Shown one piece after another: positions 25,362 to 32,000 of a stretch of DNA of 32,000 nt. The stretch is from positions 1,380,001 to 1,412,000 of the forward strand of contig OY969938.1 of the NCBI GenBank assembly GCA_963704755.1, given 5' to 3'. The notes under the pieces were generated by a model. The model searched no databases. It saw only the letters and a program-made list of their open reading frames with translations, and was not told the DNA's origin. Origin of the DNA: an uncultured Chloroflexia bacterium. GTDB lineage: Bacteria > Chloroflexota > Anaerolineae > Anaerolineales > Anaerolineaceae. The translations under genes and the position numbers were made by a program. Every line of letters starts with the position of its first letter. Positions within the stretch are counted from its first letter, which is position 1.

Positions 25362-27077
25362 TTATTGAATCGGGACCGGGTGAGCGTCGAGCGGGGACTG
25401 CACCACCACTTGCGACAGATCCACACTACCCAGGATCTGCATGGCTTTATCCAGGTTGAAATCGGCCCGCTTTTTGAAAATCCACACCGGGGGATGGTCG
25501 TACACGCTGAAAGCCTCTTCGGAGGCGAAAAAGTTGAAGTTAAACAGCGGAATGGCGGGCTTGCTGTTCCAGGCCACTGTTCCGCCCACATCTGAAATCC
25601 ACAGCGGGCCAATCTGCCAGGGCGAATCAAATTCGGCCACCAGGTCGAACCCCAGGCTGCCGTCGAAAAGGGCCCGGTAATAATCGATCGTCATCGGGTA
25701 GGTCTTTTGTAAACGATCGGTGCTCCAGATGGCGCGCTGGCTGGGCATAATGATGTAATCCACCCGGTTGAGCTCGTCGCGGAACATTTCCAGCTTGTTT
25801 GGAGCATCGTACCAGCGCACTTCCATCGTATCGCCCTGGTACAGGCTGCCAAACGGGTCGTAATTGGCTCGCGGTACCGGCAGGCCCTCGTCCCAGCTCT
25901 CGTTGGTGATCACTTCTTTGTGGAACATGACCGGGACTTCCGAATCCGATTGGATCGTGAGGGTATAAGTTTGGCCGGCAAAAATTTCACCGCCGGGAAA
26001 TACTCCATCGACCTCTTCGCTGGCGCCTTCCGGGTCACCGGCCGGCACCGGCAGGGATACTTGCGAGAGCACATTCTGTCCGGTGGCGTCCGAAATGGTA
26101 AGCTGGAGTGTACTCAACTGCGGGCTCAGGTTGGCGATCTTGGGCAGTTCTACGCTTTGCAGCTCGCCTGTCACCGCCGCGGTAAACGTCATTTGGTAAG
26201 GCACCTGGTTGGTGACCGCCATGCCTTCTGGCACGCCGACCGGCTGGTAAACCGGCCCGTCTGCCCCTTGCAACTTAAGGTGGATTGGCCCGGGGATGTT
26301 GGCATAGATCCAGTCGGTGGCCTGCAGGCGGGTATGTTCCTGGCGGTAGACTGCCCCGACGAAGGCATTGGCCCATACCAACGTTCCGCCCAGCACGACC
26401 ACGCCCAAAACAGCCGCAGCGCCTGTCCACAGCCTGCGCAGGTGGCCGGTCTGGCGCGCTCTCCGCCACAGGTCCACCAGCAGCCAGGCCGCCAGCAGGT
26501 TCAGGAAGGGATAAATGGGCAGAAAATAGCGGATCGATTTGACCCAGCGGGTGCCCATAAACAGAAAATAGCCACCTGTCCACAGCCAGGGTAATAAATG
26601 GGCCTGCCAGTTTTTTCCAAAGCGAAACGCCTGCCAGCCGGCCAGCAGGAAACCTGCCCAGACGGCCAGCCCAAGCGGCAGGCCCAGGCCCCAGACCACC
26701 ATATTCATCAGCGGGAAGACCAGGGCCGGGCGGGCTGCCCACTGCTCACCGGGAGGACCGCTGTTGATCCCATTCAATTCCTGCTGGGCCACCTGCATGC
26801 TGTCCATCCAGTCCTGGTTGAGGTGCAGGGTCAAGATGGTCGTATCGCCGGTGGTCGCACGAAAGCTCATCGGCTGGGTCACGCGGAAGACCAGCACCGA
26901 GACCAGCCCGGCCAGGAAGATTTGTCCGGCCGCGATCAGCAGGATGCGGGTCAGGTCGGGACGATAATGCAGCTTGAGGTCGGCTGCCGCGATGAAAACC
27001 GCCACGGCCACCATCCCGGCCAGGGGCAGCAGGTTGACCTTGCTCGCCATGGCCATCCCAAACGCCACGCCGAACAA
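25362..27077 (-). CDS. C-terminal about 570 aa of a large GT39/PMT_2-like (ArnT-type) membrane glycosyltransferase with a periplasmic C-terminal domain. Same gene as 26746..27762.
   Basis: Multiple TM helices continue from the upstream fragment (AFGMAMASKVNLLPLAGMVAVAVF...), then a soluble domain of about 330 aa. The track start is a TTG directly after an in-frame TAG at 27090-27092. Confidence 0.75.
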   Translation of the reverse strand: MFGVAFGMAMASKVNLLPLAGMVAVAVFIAAADLKLHYRPDLTRILLIAAGQIFLAGLVSVLVFRVTQPMSFRATTGDTTILTLHLNQDWMDSMQVAQQELNGINSGPPGEQWAARPALVFPLMNMVVWGLGLPLGLAVWAGFLLAGWQAFRFGKNWQAHLLPWLWTGGYFLFMGTRWVKSIRYFLPIYPFLNLLAAWLLVDLWRRARQTGHLRRLWTGAAAVLGVVVLGGTLVWANAFVGAVYRQEHTRLQATDWIYANIPGPIHLKLQGADGPVYQPVGVPEGMAVTNQVPYQMTFTAAVTGELQSVELPKIANLSPQLSTLQLTISDATGQNVLSQVSLPVPAGDPEGASEEVDGVFPGGEIFAGQTYTLTIQSDSEVPVMFHKEVITNESWDEGLPVPRANYDPFGSLYQGDTMEVRWYDAPNKLEMFRDELNRVDYIIMPSQRAIWSTDRLQKTYPMTIDYYRALFDGSLGFDLVAEFDSPWQIGPLWISDVGGTVAWNSKPAIPLFNFNFFASEEAFSVYDHPPVWIFKKRADFNLDKAMQILGSVDLSQVVVQSPLDAHPVPIQ

Positions 27078-27762
27078 CGACCAGCCAGCCTATATTTTGG
27101 GTATTCCAACGATAACGTCTCACCAGCCGGCCCCCTGGGGAGGTCTCGCTGGTCCAGGTGGCCGCCGGGAGCTGCGCCACCCGCACGGCCGCGTACATGG
27201 CTACGGCGCAGAAGCCGGTGGCAAAATTATCCACGGTCATGAAATGCGACTGCTGGATTTCCATCACCGCCAGCGAGGACAGCGCTGCAGCGATCAGCCC
27301 GACCCGGTAGTTGTACAGGCGCTTGCCGATCAGGAAGATCATCAAGATGGCCAGCAGGTCGAAGCCGGCCGAAAGTTTACGGCCCAACAGGCGGATGGCG
27401 TTGTAATCGGTGTTGCCGGTTGCCTCGCCCACTGCGCGGATGATCGTGATCGGCCACTGGCCCCAACGCAGGCGGTTATCCGGACCATTGGCCAGGGTCG
27501 AGCCGTCCAGGTTGTACTTGTTGTACGGGCTGATGGTGGAGATGCGGGTGTTGAAATAATCGGCCAGGTTATCCGGTATGCTCAGGTAAGTCAGGGTGTT
27601 GGTCAGCCCATACTCGTCCGGGTGGAGCTGGGCGTCCTGGTTCCAGTTGCCCCAGGAATAGCGAAAGATCACCCCAACCAGGATCAGAGCTACCAGAATC
27701 AGGTCAAACAGCCGGCCGGCCCATGAGGTCTTCTTTTGAATGTTTATTGGATTTAATGCCAT
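26746..27762 (-). CDS. N-terminal fragment of the GT39/PMT_2-like glycosyltransferase. Only about 27087-27762 is in the authentic frame; the rest is out-of-frame read-through.
   Basis: The N-terminus is MALNPINIQKKTSWAGRLFDLILVALILVGVIFRY...HPDEYGLT...LGRKLSAGFDLLAILMIFLIGKRLY...AAALSSLAVMEIQQSHFMTVDNF, i.e. the DE/loop-1 region of the ArnT/PMT family. After ...NTQNIGW the translation becomes R/G/P-rich nonsense, while the 25362..27077 frame becomes membrane-like. Confidence 0.7.
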   Translation of the reverse strand: MALNPINIQKKTSWAGRLFDLILVALILVGVIFRYSWGNWNQDAQLHPDEYGLTNTLTYLSIPDNLADYFNTRISTISPYNKYNLDGSTLANGPDNRLRWGQWPITIIRAVGEATGNTDYNAIRLLGRKLSAGFDLLAILMIFLIGKRLYNYRVGLIAAALSSLAVMEIQQSHFMTVDNFATGFCAVAMYAAVRVAQLPAATWTSETSPGGRLVRRYRWNTQNIGWLVVVRRGVWDGHGEQGQPAAPGRDGGRGGFHRGSRPQAALSSRPDPHPADRGRTNLPGRAGLGAGLPRDPADELSCDHRRYDHLDPAPQPGLDGQHAGGPAGIEWDQQRSSR

Positions 27763-27902
27763 TCTGAACGCTTCGGCGGTGCAGGGATAATAAGTGATTA
27801 TATCTCATGCACCAGGCAAGTTAAATCAGGCTCAATGGCCATCACCACGGCAAATTCCAAAGACCCTTAAATCGTAACTGCTCAGCCTATCAGGTAAGAA
27901 AA

Positions 27903-27955
27903 CCGAATTTGAGGTGTTTGCGGGGGCTTCGCCCCCGCAAACACCTCAAATTCGG
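27903..27955. repeat. Perfect 25-bp-stem hairpin, family 1, in the divergent GT39/pepF intergenic region.
   Basis: ccgaatttgaggtgtttgcgggggc, loop ttc, gcccccgcaaacacctcaaattcgg. Confidence 0.85.
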
Positions 27956-28122
27956 GAACTTTCTAACATAAGTCTGAGTCCTCCGTGGTCATCTTTCTCC
28001 CCAGCCGGCAAAACCCCTGGCCGCATGTGGGGTAAAATTACCTTAACGCAACGCATCAAGATTTGCGTTCTATCCAACGAAAAACCTGTATAAAAACCTA
28101 AACCTTTTAGAAAGGCTGCAAT

Positions 28123-29835
28123 ATGTTTAAATCGTTAGGCAAATCACCGCAAGAACTGCTCAAATGGAATTGGGCGGAGTATGAGCCGTTCGCCAATGAC
28201 CTGGTCGCCCGGGAATTGAATGCCGAATCGATTGATCCCTGGCTGCACGACTGGTCGCGGTTTGAAGAAGCCCTGATAGAAGTGTACAGCCGGTTGAACC
28301 TGGCTGCCGGCCAGAACACTGCCGACACGGAAGCCGAACAGCACTATAAAAACTTCATCAACAACATCTATCCCCACATGCTCCAGGTGGAACAGCAGTT
28401 GAAAGTCAAGCTGCTCGAGTCTGGCCTGGAACCGCGCGGGTTCGAGATTCCCCTGCGGGACTATAAAGTCGATGCGGCCATTTTCCGCAGCGAAAACCTG
28501 CCCTTGATCGCCAAAGAGGCAGAATTGGCCCTGGAATACGACCAGATTATCGCTAAACAAACCGTCGAATGGGAAGGCAAGAAAGTCACTCCCACCCAAC
28601 TGCGCCCGGTTTACCAGGATCGGGACCGCGACCTGCGCGAAACGGCCTGGCGTAAAACAGCCTCCAGTTTTCTGGCCGACCGGCAGACGCTGAACGACCT
28701 GTGGGAGCGCGTGTATAAATTGCGCACCCAAATCGGCGCGAACGCCGGCGAGCCGGACTTTCGCAGCTACGCCTGGAAACTGCGCCACCGCCACGATTAC
28801 ACCCCCGAGGACTGCACCACCTTCCATAAGGCCATCGAAGAAGTGGTCGTGCCGGTCGCCGAGCGGATCTATGCCCGCCGCAAGGAGCGCCTGGGACTGG
28901 ATAAGCTGCGCCCGTGGGACCTGGAAGTCGATTCGTTTAATCAACCGGCCCTGCATCCCTACCAGACCATCGACGAGCTGAAATCCAGGACGGCCGAGAT
29001 CTTTACCCGGCTGGACCTTGACCTGGGCAACCATTTCAAAACCATGATGCGCGAGCAGTTGCTCGACCTGGACAACCGCATGAACAAAGCCCCGGGAGCC
29101 TACACCACTTTCTTCCCGATCGTGCGGCGCCCGTTCATTTTCGAAAATGCGGTCGGCATCCACGACGACGTCCAGACTCTGCTGCACGAAAGCGGCCATG
29201 CCTTCAACGCCTTCGAATCTTCGCACATCCCGCTCATCCAATTGATCGAACCGCCCATGGAATTCGCCGAGGTGGCTTCGATGAGCATGGAGTTCCTGGG
29301 CGGGCCTTACCTGGCCGCCGACCAGGGCGGGTTCTACAGCCCGGCCGACGCCGCCCGCGCCTTTCGCGATCACCTCGAATCCAGCATCCTCTTCTGGCCC
29401 TATATGTCGGTGGTGGACAGCTTCCAGCAGTGGGCCTACACCCACCCGCAGGACGCCGTCGATCCGGCTGCCTGCGACGCCGCCTGGGATGCCCTCTGGC
29501 AGCGTTTCATGAAGGGGGTAGATTGGAGCGGTTTGGAACAGGAGCGCATGACCGGCTGGCACCGTAAGCTGCACATATTCCAGATCCCATTCTATTACGT
29601 GGAATACGGCCTGGCTCAGCTTGGCGCCGGGCAGGTTTGGCGCAACTCCCTGCGGGACCAGAAGCAAGCCGTGGCGGATTATCGCGTTGCCCTCTCGCTG
29701 GGCGGTACGGTTAGCCTGCCGGCTTTGTACCAGGCTGCCGGGGCGCGCTTCAGTTTCGAGGCCGGCACCCTGCGCGAGGTGGTCTCTTTGATGGAAGAAA
29801 AGCTGATCGACCTGGAGTCGCGCATCGGCGGATAA
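28123..29835 (+). CDS. M3-family oligoendopeptidase (PepF-like, 570 aa).
   Basis: The HESGHAF (HExxH) zinc motif is followed by the downstream EFAEVASM Glu ligand region. Size and overall layout are typical of M3B. Confidence 0.85.
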   Translation: MFKSLGKSPQELLKWNWAEYEPFANDLVARELNAESIDPWLHDWSRFEEALIEVYSRLNLAAGQNTADTEAEQHYKNFINNIYPHMLQVEQQLKVKLLESGLEPRGFEIPLRDYKVDAAIFRSENLPLIAKEAELALEYDQIIAKQTVEWEGKKVTPTQLRPVYQDRDRDLRETAWRKTASSFLADRQTLNDLWERVYKLRTQIGANAGEPDFRSYAWKLRHRHDYTPEDCTTFHKAIEEVVVPVAERIYARRKERLGLDKLRPWDLEVDSFNQPALHPYQTIDELKSRTAEIFTRLDLDLGNHFKTMMREQLLDLDNRMNKAPGAYTTFFPIVRRPFIFENAVGIHDDVQTLLHESGHAFNAFESSHIPLIQLIEPPMEFAEVASMSMEFLGGPYLAADQGGFYSPADAARAFRDHLESSILFWPYMSVVDSFQQWAYTHPQDAVDPAACDAAWDALWQRFMKGVDWSGLEQERMTGWHRKLHIFQIPFYYVEYGLAQLGAGQVWRNSLRDQKQAVADYRVALSLGGTVSLPALYQAAGARFSFEAGTLREVVSLMEEKLIDLESRIGG

Positions 29836-29842
29836 ACCCAGA

Positions 29843-29891
29843 AAATCGATGAGGTCGAAGAAACAAAAATTCTCTTCGACCTCATCGATTT
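29843..29891 (+). terminator. 19-bp-stem hairpin immediately after the pepF stop.
   Basis: aaatcgatgaggtcgaaga, an 11-nt loop, tcttcgacctcatcgattt. There is no strong T-run, so the terminator function is tentative. Confidence 0.5.
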
Positions 29892-29940
29892 GAGCTGCTA
29901 ATGATAAAATTATTTTAACTACTCTGCTACCGCAAAAGAG

Positions 29941-29999
29941 AGGGGTGTTTTTATTGTTTTTCGCGTGCGAAGCACGCGAAAAACAATAAAAACACCCCT
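29941..29999. repeat. Perfect 28-bp-stem hairpin, family 2.
   Basis: aggggtgtttttattgtttttcgcgtgc, loop gaa, gcacgcgaaaaacaataaaaacacccct. The flanks are homologous, in inverse orientation, to those of the 18953 copy. Confidence 0.85.
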
Positions 30000-30105
30000 G
30001 ATTTCCGAACTAGCCTGAGTAGTAACAAATTATTCGGCTCGTGCAAACGGGCCAAGCGGGAAACTGATCCTGATACCCATTAATGTTCGCATTGGGGAGG
30101 AATAA

Positions 30106-30831
30106 TTGAAACAAACACTGAAAATTGCCGTTCCAATGGCTGGCCTGGGCACACGTATGCGCCCTCATACCTGGAGCAAACCCAAACCATTGATCGCCCT
30201 GGCCGGCAAGACCGTACTCGACTTTGTGTTGGAACAATTTAACAACCTGCCGGAAAGCCTGGATGTAGAGTACGTCTTTATCATTGGTCCCAACCAGCGC
30301 GAGCAGGTCGAAGATCATATGCGTAAATATCATCCCGAAAAAACGGTCCATTACGTACAACAGGAAGTCATGCGGGGCCAGTCGGACGCACTCTACCTGG
30401 CCCGCGAGTACCTGCATGGCCCTATGCTGATGGCATTCTCGGACACGCTGATCGAGACCGACCTTTCCAAGCTGGATCAGGTCGAGGAAGACGGCGTGGC
30501 CTGGGTCCGCCCGGTGGAAGATCCGCGCCGTTTTGGTGTCGCTATCGTCGATGAGAATGGCATGATCACCAAACTGGTCGAAAAACCCGAAGATGTGACC
30601 CACAACCTGGCTGTAGTCGGCTTTTATTATTTCAAAGAGGCTGAAAAACTGATCGGCGCCATCGAAGAACAGATGCAGCAGAACATCACCTTAAAAAACG
30701 AGTTCTTCCTGGCCGATGCGGTCAATATTATGCTCCAAAAGGGAGCCCAAAATGCGCACCCGGCAGGTCAAAATGTGGCTGGATGCCGGCATCCCCGAGG
30801 CCGTCCTGGAAACCAACCGTTACCTGCTTGA
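30106..30831 (+). CDS. Sugar-phosphate nucleotidyltransferase, N-terminal fragment. It is authentic to about 30745, then out-of-frame read-through.
   Basis: The sequence KIAVPMAGLGTRMRPHTWSKPKPLIALAGKTVLD contains the G-x-G-T-R-x motif of NTP-transferases. The tail ...QNAHPAGQNVAGCRHPRGRPGNQPLPA looks out of frame. Confidence 0.75.
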   Translation: MKQTLKIAVPMAGLGTRMRPHTWSKPKPLIALAGKTVLDFVLEQFNNLPESLDVEYVFIIGPNQREQVEDHMRKYHPEKTVHYVQQEVMRGQSDALYLAREYLHGPMLMAFSDTLIETDLSKLDQVEEDGVAWVRPVEDPRRFGVAIVDENGMITKLVEKPEDVTHNLAVVGFYYFKEAEKLIGAIEEQMQQNITLKNEFFLADAVNIMLQKGAQNAHPAGQNVAGCRHPRGRPGNQPLPA

Positions 30832-30876
30832 AAACGGATACGATAACTCGGCCGAATTAACCTCGAACAAGAGGGT

Positions 30877-31122
30877 GTGGCCATCATCCCGCCCGTCTAT
30901 GTCCATCCCACGGCAAAAATCGTCAGTTCGGTGGTCGGCCCTTACGTGTCGATTGACCGGGACTGCTGCCTGGAGTGCGTGGTCATCCGCAACTCGGTGC
31001 TCGACGAAGGCACTATGGTCGAGCAAATGGTCCTTTCGGACACTCTGCTGGGAAAACATGTTCAGGTAGAAGGCGACGCCGAGCACCTGAACCTGGGAGA
31101 CCATTCCTGGCTGAAAAAATGA
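30877..31122 (+). CDS. C-terminal left-handed beta-helix fragment of the same nucleotidyltransferase.
   Basis: AIIPPVYVHPTAKIVSSVVGPYVSIDRDCCLECVVIRNSVLDEGTMV shows hexapeptide-repeat character. It is in the same frame as 30106... The linking segment (KMRTRQVKMWLDAGIPEAVLETNRYLLENGYDNSAE) is in the frame of track ORF 30716..31069. Confidence 0.7.
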   Translation: MAIIPPVYVHPTAKIVSSVVGPYVSIDRDCCLECVVIRNSVLDEGTMVEQMVLSDTLLGKHVQVEGDAEHLNLGDHSWLKK

Positions 31123-31331
31123 CCGCTCCGGTGGAATGCCATTCCGGTTACGCCTATGCCGGGCGGCCGCTTGCCGTGCACTGGCAGGGCAGCCGGCTGG
31201 AGATCGAAGCGATCGAAAAAGAATGGCGCGGCCCCGAAGGAAAATTTTTTCAAGTGCGGTCCGCCGACGGGCGCCGTTTCGAATTGATCTACAACGAATC
31301 ACAAGACGACTGGCAAATAAAAGAATTTTGA
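31119..31331 (+). CDS. Small hypothetical protein (70 aa), translationally coupled to the nucleotidyltransferase.
   Basis: The ATG at 31119 overlaps the upstream TGA (ATGA). The protein is MTAPVECHSGYAYAGRPLAVHWQGSRLEIEAIEKEWRGPEGKFFQVRSADGRRFELIYNESQDDWQIKEF, with balanced, protein-like composition. The upstream part of track ORF 30975.. is an R/G-rich off-frame artefact. Confidence 0.55.
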   Translation: MTAPVECHSGYAYAGRPLAVHWQGSRLEIEAIEKEWRGPEGKFFQVRSADGRRFELIYNESQDDWQIKEF

Positions 31332-31343
31332 CGGTGATAAACC

Positions 31344-31394
31344 CGAAAATAATGGAATTGCAATGGCAAAGCCATTGCAATTCCATTATTTTCG
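31344..31394. repeat. Perfect 24-bp-stem hairpin (AT-rich stem, TGGC-AAA-GCCA tip). Probable terminator.
   Basis: cgaaaataatggaattgcaatggc, loop aaa, gccattgcaattccattattttcg. Confidence 0.85.
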
Positions 31395-31487
31395 AGAACT
31401 TCCTCAACCCAAGAAACTGGTAAAATTCTTCAATTCAAATTCCTAAATAAATTTCCTTATGGCCCCAGGCCGATCCATGGAGTGAAA

Positions 31488-31766
31488 ATGCGTGAATCCT
31501 ACATCTCCCAGAAGGTGGCGTCACTAAAACCATCCGGAATCCGCCGCTTTTTCGATATTGCCGCAACGATGAAAGACGTTATTTCGCTGGGCATCGGCGA
31601 ACCAGATTTCGATACGCCGCCCCTGGTCATCCAGGCCGGCAAAGATTCTTTGGACAAAGGCCATACGCATTACACCTCTAACGCCGGCGTGATTGAGCTG
31701 CGCCGCACCCTGGCGGCCCACCTCGACCGGCAGTACAGGTCAGCTACGACCCGGAAAGCGAAGTGA
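31488..31766 (+). CDS. Class I/II PLP-dependent aminotransferase (AspC-like), N-terminal fragment. The gene continues to the window end in other frames.
   Basis: The sequence is MRESYISQKVASLKPSGIRRFFD...VISLGIGEPDFDTP...HYTSNAGVIELRRTLAAHL. GGAG lies 6 nt upstream of the ATG at 31488. The frame is lost after ...DRQY. Confidence 0.8.
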   Translation: MRESYISQKVASLKPSGIRRFFDIAATMKDVISLGIGEPDFDTPPLVIQAGKDSLDKGHTHYTSNAGVIELRRTLAAHLDRQYRSATTRKAK

Positions 31767-32000
31767 TCATCACCGTGGGCGGCTCCGAGGCGCTTTACCT
31801 GGCCGCCACGGCCCTGCTCGATCCCGGCGACGAAGTGATTATCCCGACCCCCTGCTTCGTTTCCTACCAGGCCGAGGTTTTCCTGGCCGGCGGTGTACCG
31901 GTGGAAATCCCCTGCCGCATGGAGGATAACTTCGATGTGGATCCCCAGCGGATCGAAGCGGCCGTGACTCCCGCGGACCAAAGCTATCCTGCTCGGCTTT
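31739..32000 (+). CDS. Continuation of the aminotransferase (partial; runs off the window; contains a further frameshift near 31970).
   Basis: Hand translation from 31739 gives VSYDPESEVIITVGGSEALYLAATALLDPGDEVIIPTPCFVSYQAEVFLAGGVPVEIPCRMEDNFDVDPQRIEAAVT. From 31971 in the original frame it reads PRTKAILLGF. Confidence 0.7.

Noticed and set aside
28144-29667. 507-aa ORF on the minus strand.
   Set aside because: It is the antisense shadow of the M3 peptidase, which carries a clear HExxH motif. The product has low-complexity G/A/V/R/P-rich composition.

Overview
The window is almost certainly bacterial. From the look of the proteins and the lysine pathway I would guess Chloroflexota or Anaerolineae-like, but I cannot verify that here. 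Everything below comes from hand reading and the supplied ORF track, with no searches or folding; coordinates of hand-called elements may be off by 1-2 nt.

Layout:
- (i) 1-3720 is a strongly AT-rich, minus-strand glycan-modification cassette: flippase-like membrane protein, SAM methyltransferase, GT4 and GT2. It abuts GC-rich DNA at about 3720.
- (ii) 3722-9146 holds GC-rich housekeeping-type genes: GT2, a WD40-like lipoprotein, a methionine-synthase-activation-domain-like protein, dCMP deaminase, a SIS protein and a DinB protein.
- (iii) 9500-15716 is an alpha-aminoadipate (AAA) lysine biosynthesis cluster: homocitrate synthase, homoaconitase large and small subunits, homoisocitrate dehydrogenase and LysX. 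It is preceded by a consensus promoter and two tandem lysine-codon-rich leader ORFs, each with its own intrinsic terminator.
- (iv) The rest comprises acyl-ACP thioesterase, a serpin lipoprotein, an AlkZ/YcaQ-like protein, an MFS transporter, a GH3/PA14 beta-glucosidase, a large GT39-like membrane glycosyltransferase, an M3 oligoendopeptidase, a sugar nucleotidyltransferase, a small coupled ORF and a class I aminotransferase that runs off the end.

The most unusual content is non-coding.
- The duplicated Lys leader-peptide attenuator.
- A nested palindrome of about 660 bp, plus a second copy of its 35-bp core, which together bracket lysX.
- Short-period (7/14/16 bp) tandem-repeat arms.
- At least two families of 20-28 bp perfect hairpins whose copies differ by compensatory changes.

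Seven single-base frameshifts in five genes lie at 0.9, 3.4, 27.1, 30.7, 30.9, 31.7 and 32.0 kb. They suggest indel errors in the assembly at least as much as real pseudogenes. I found no rRNA, tRNA, CRISPR array, transposase or integrase.
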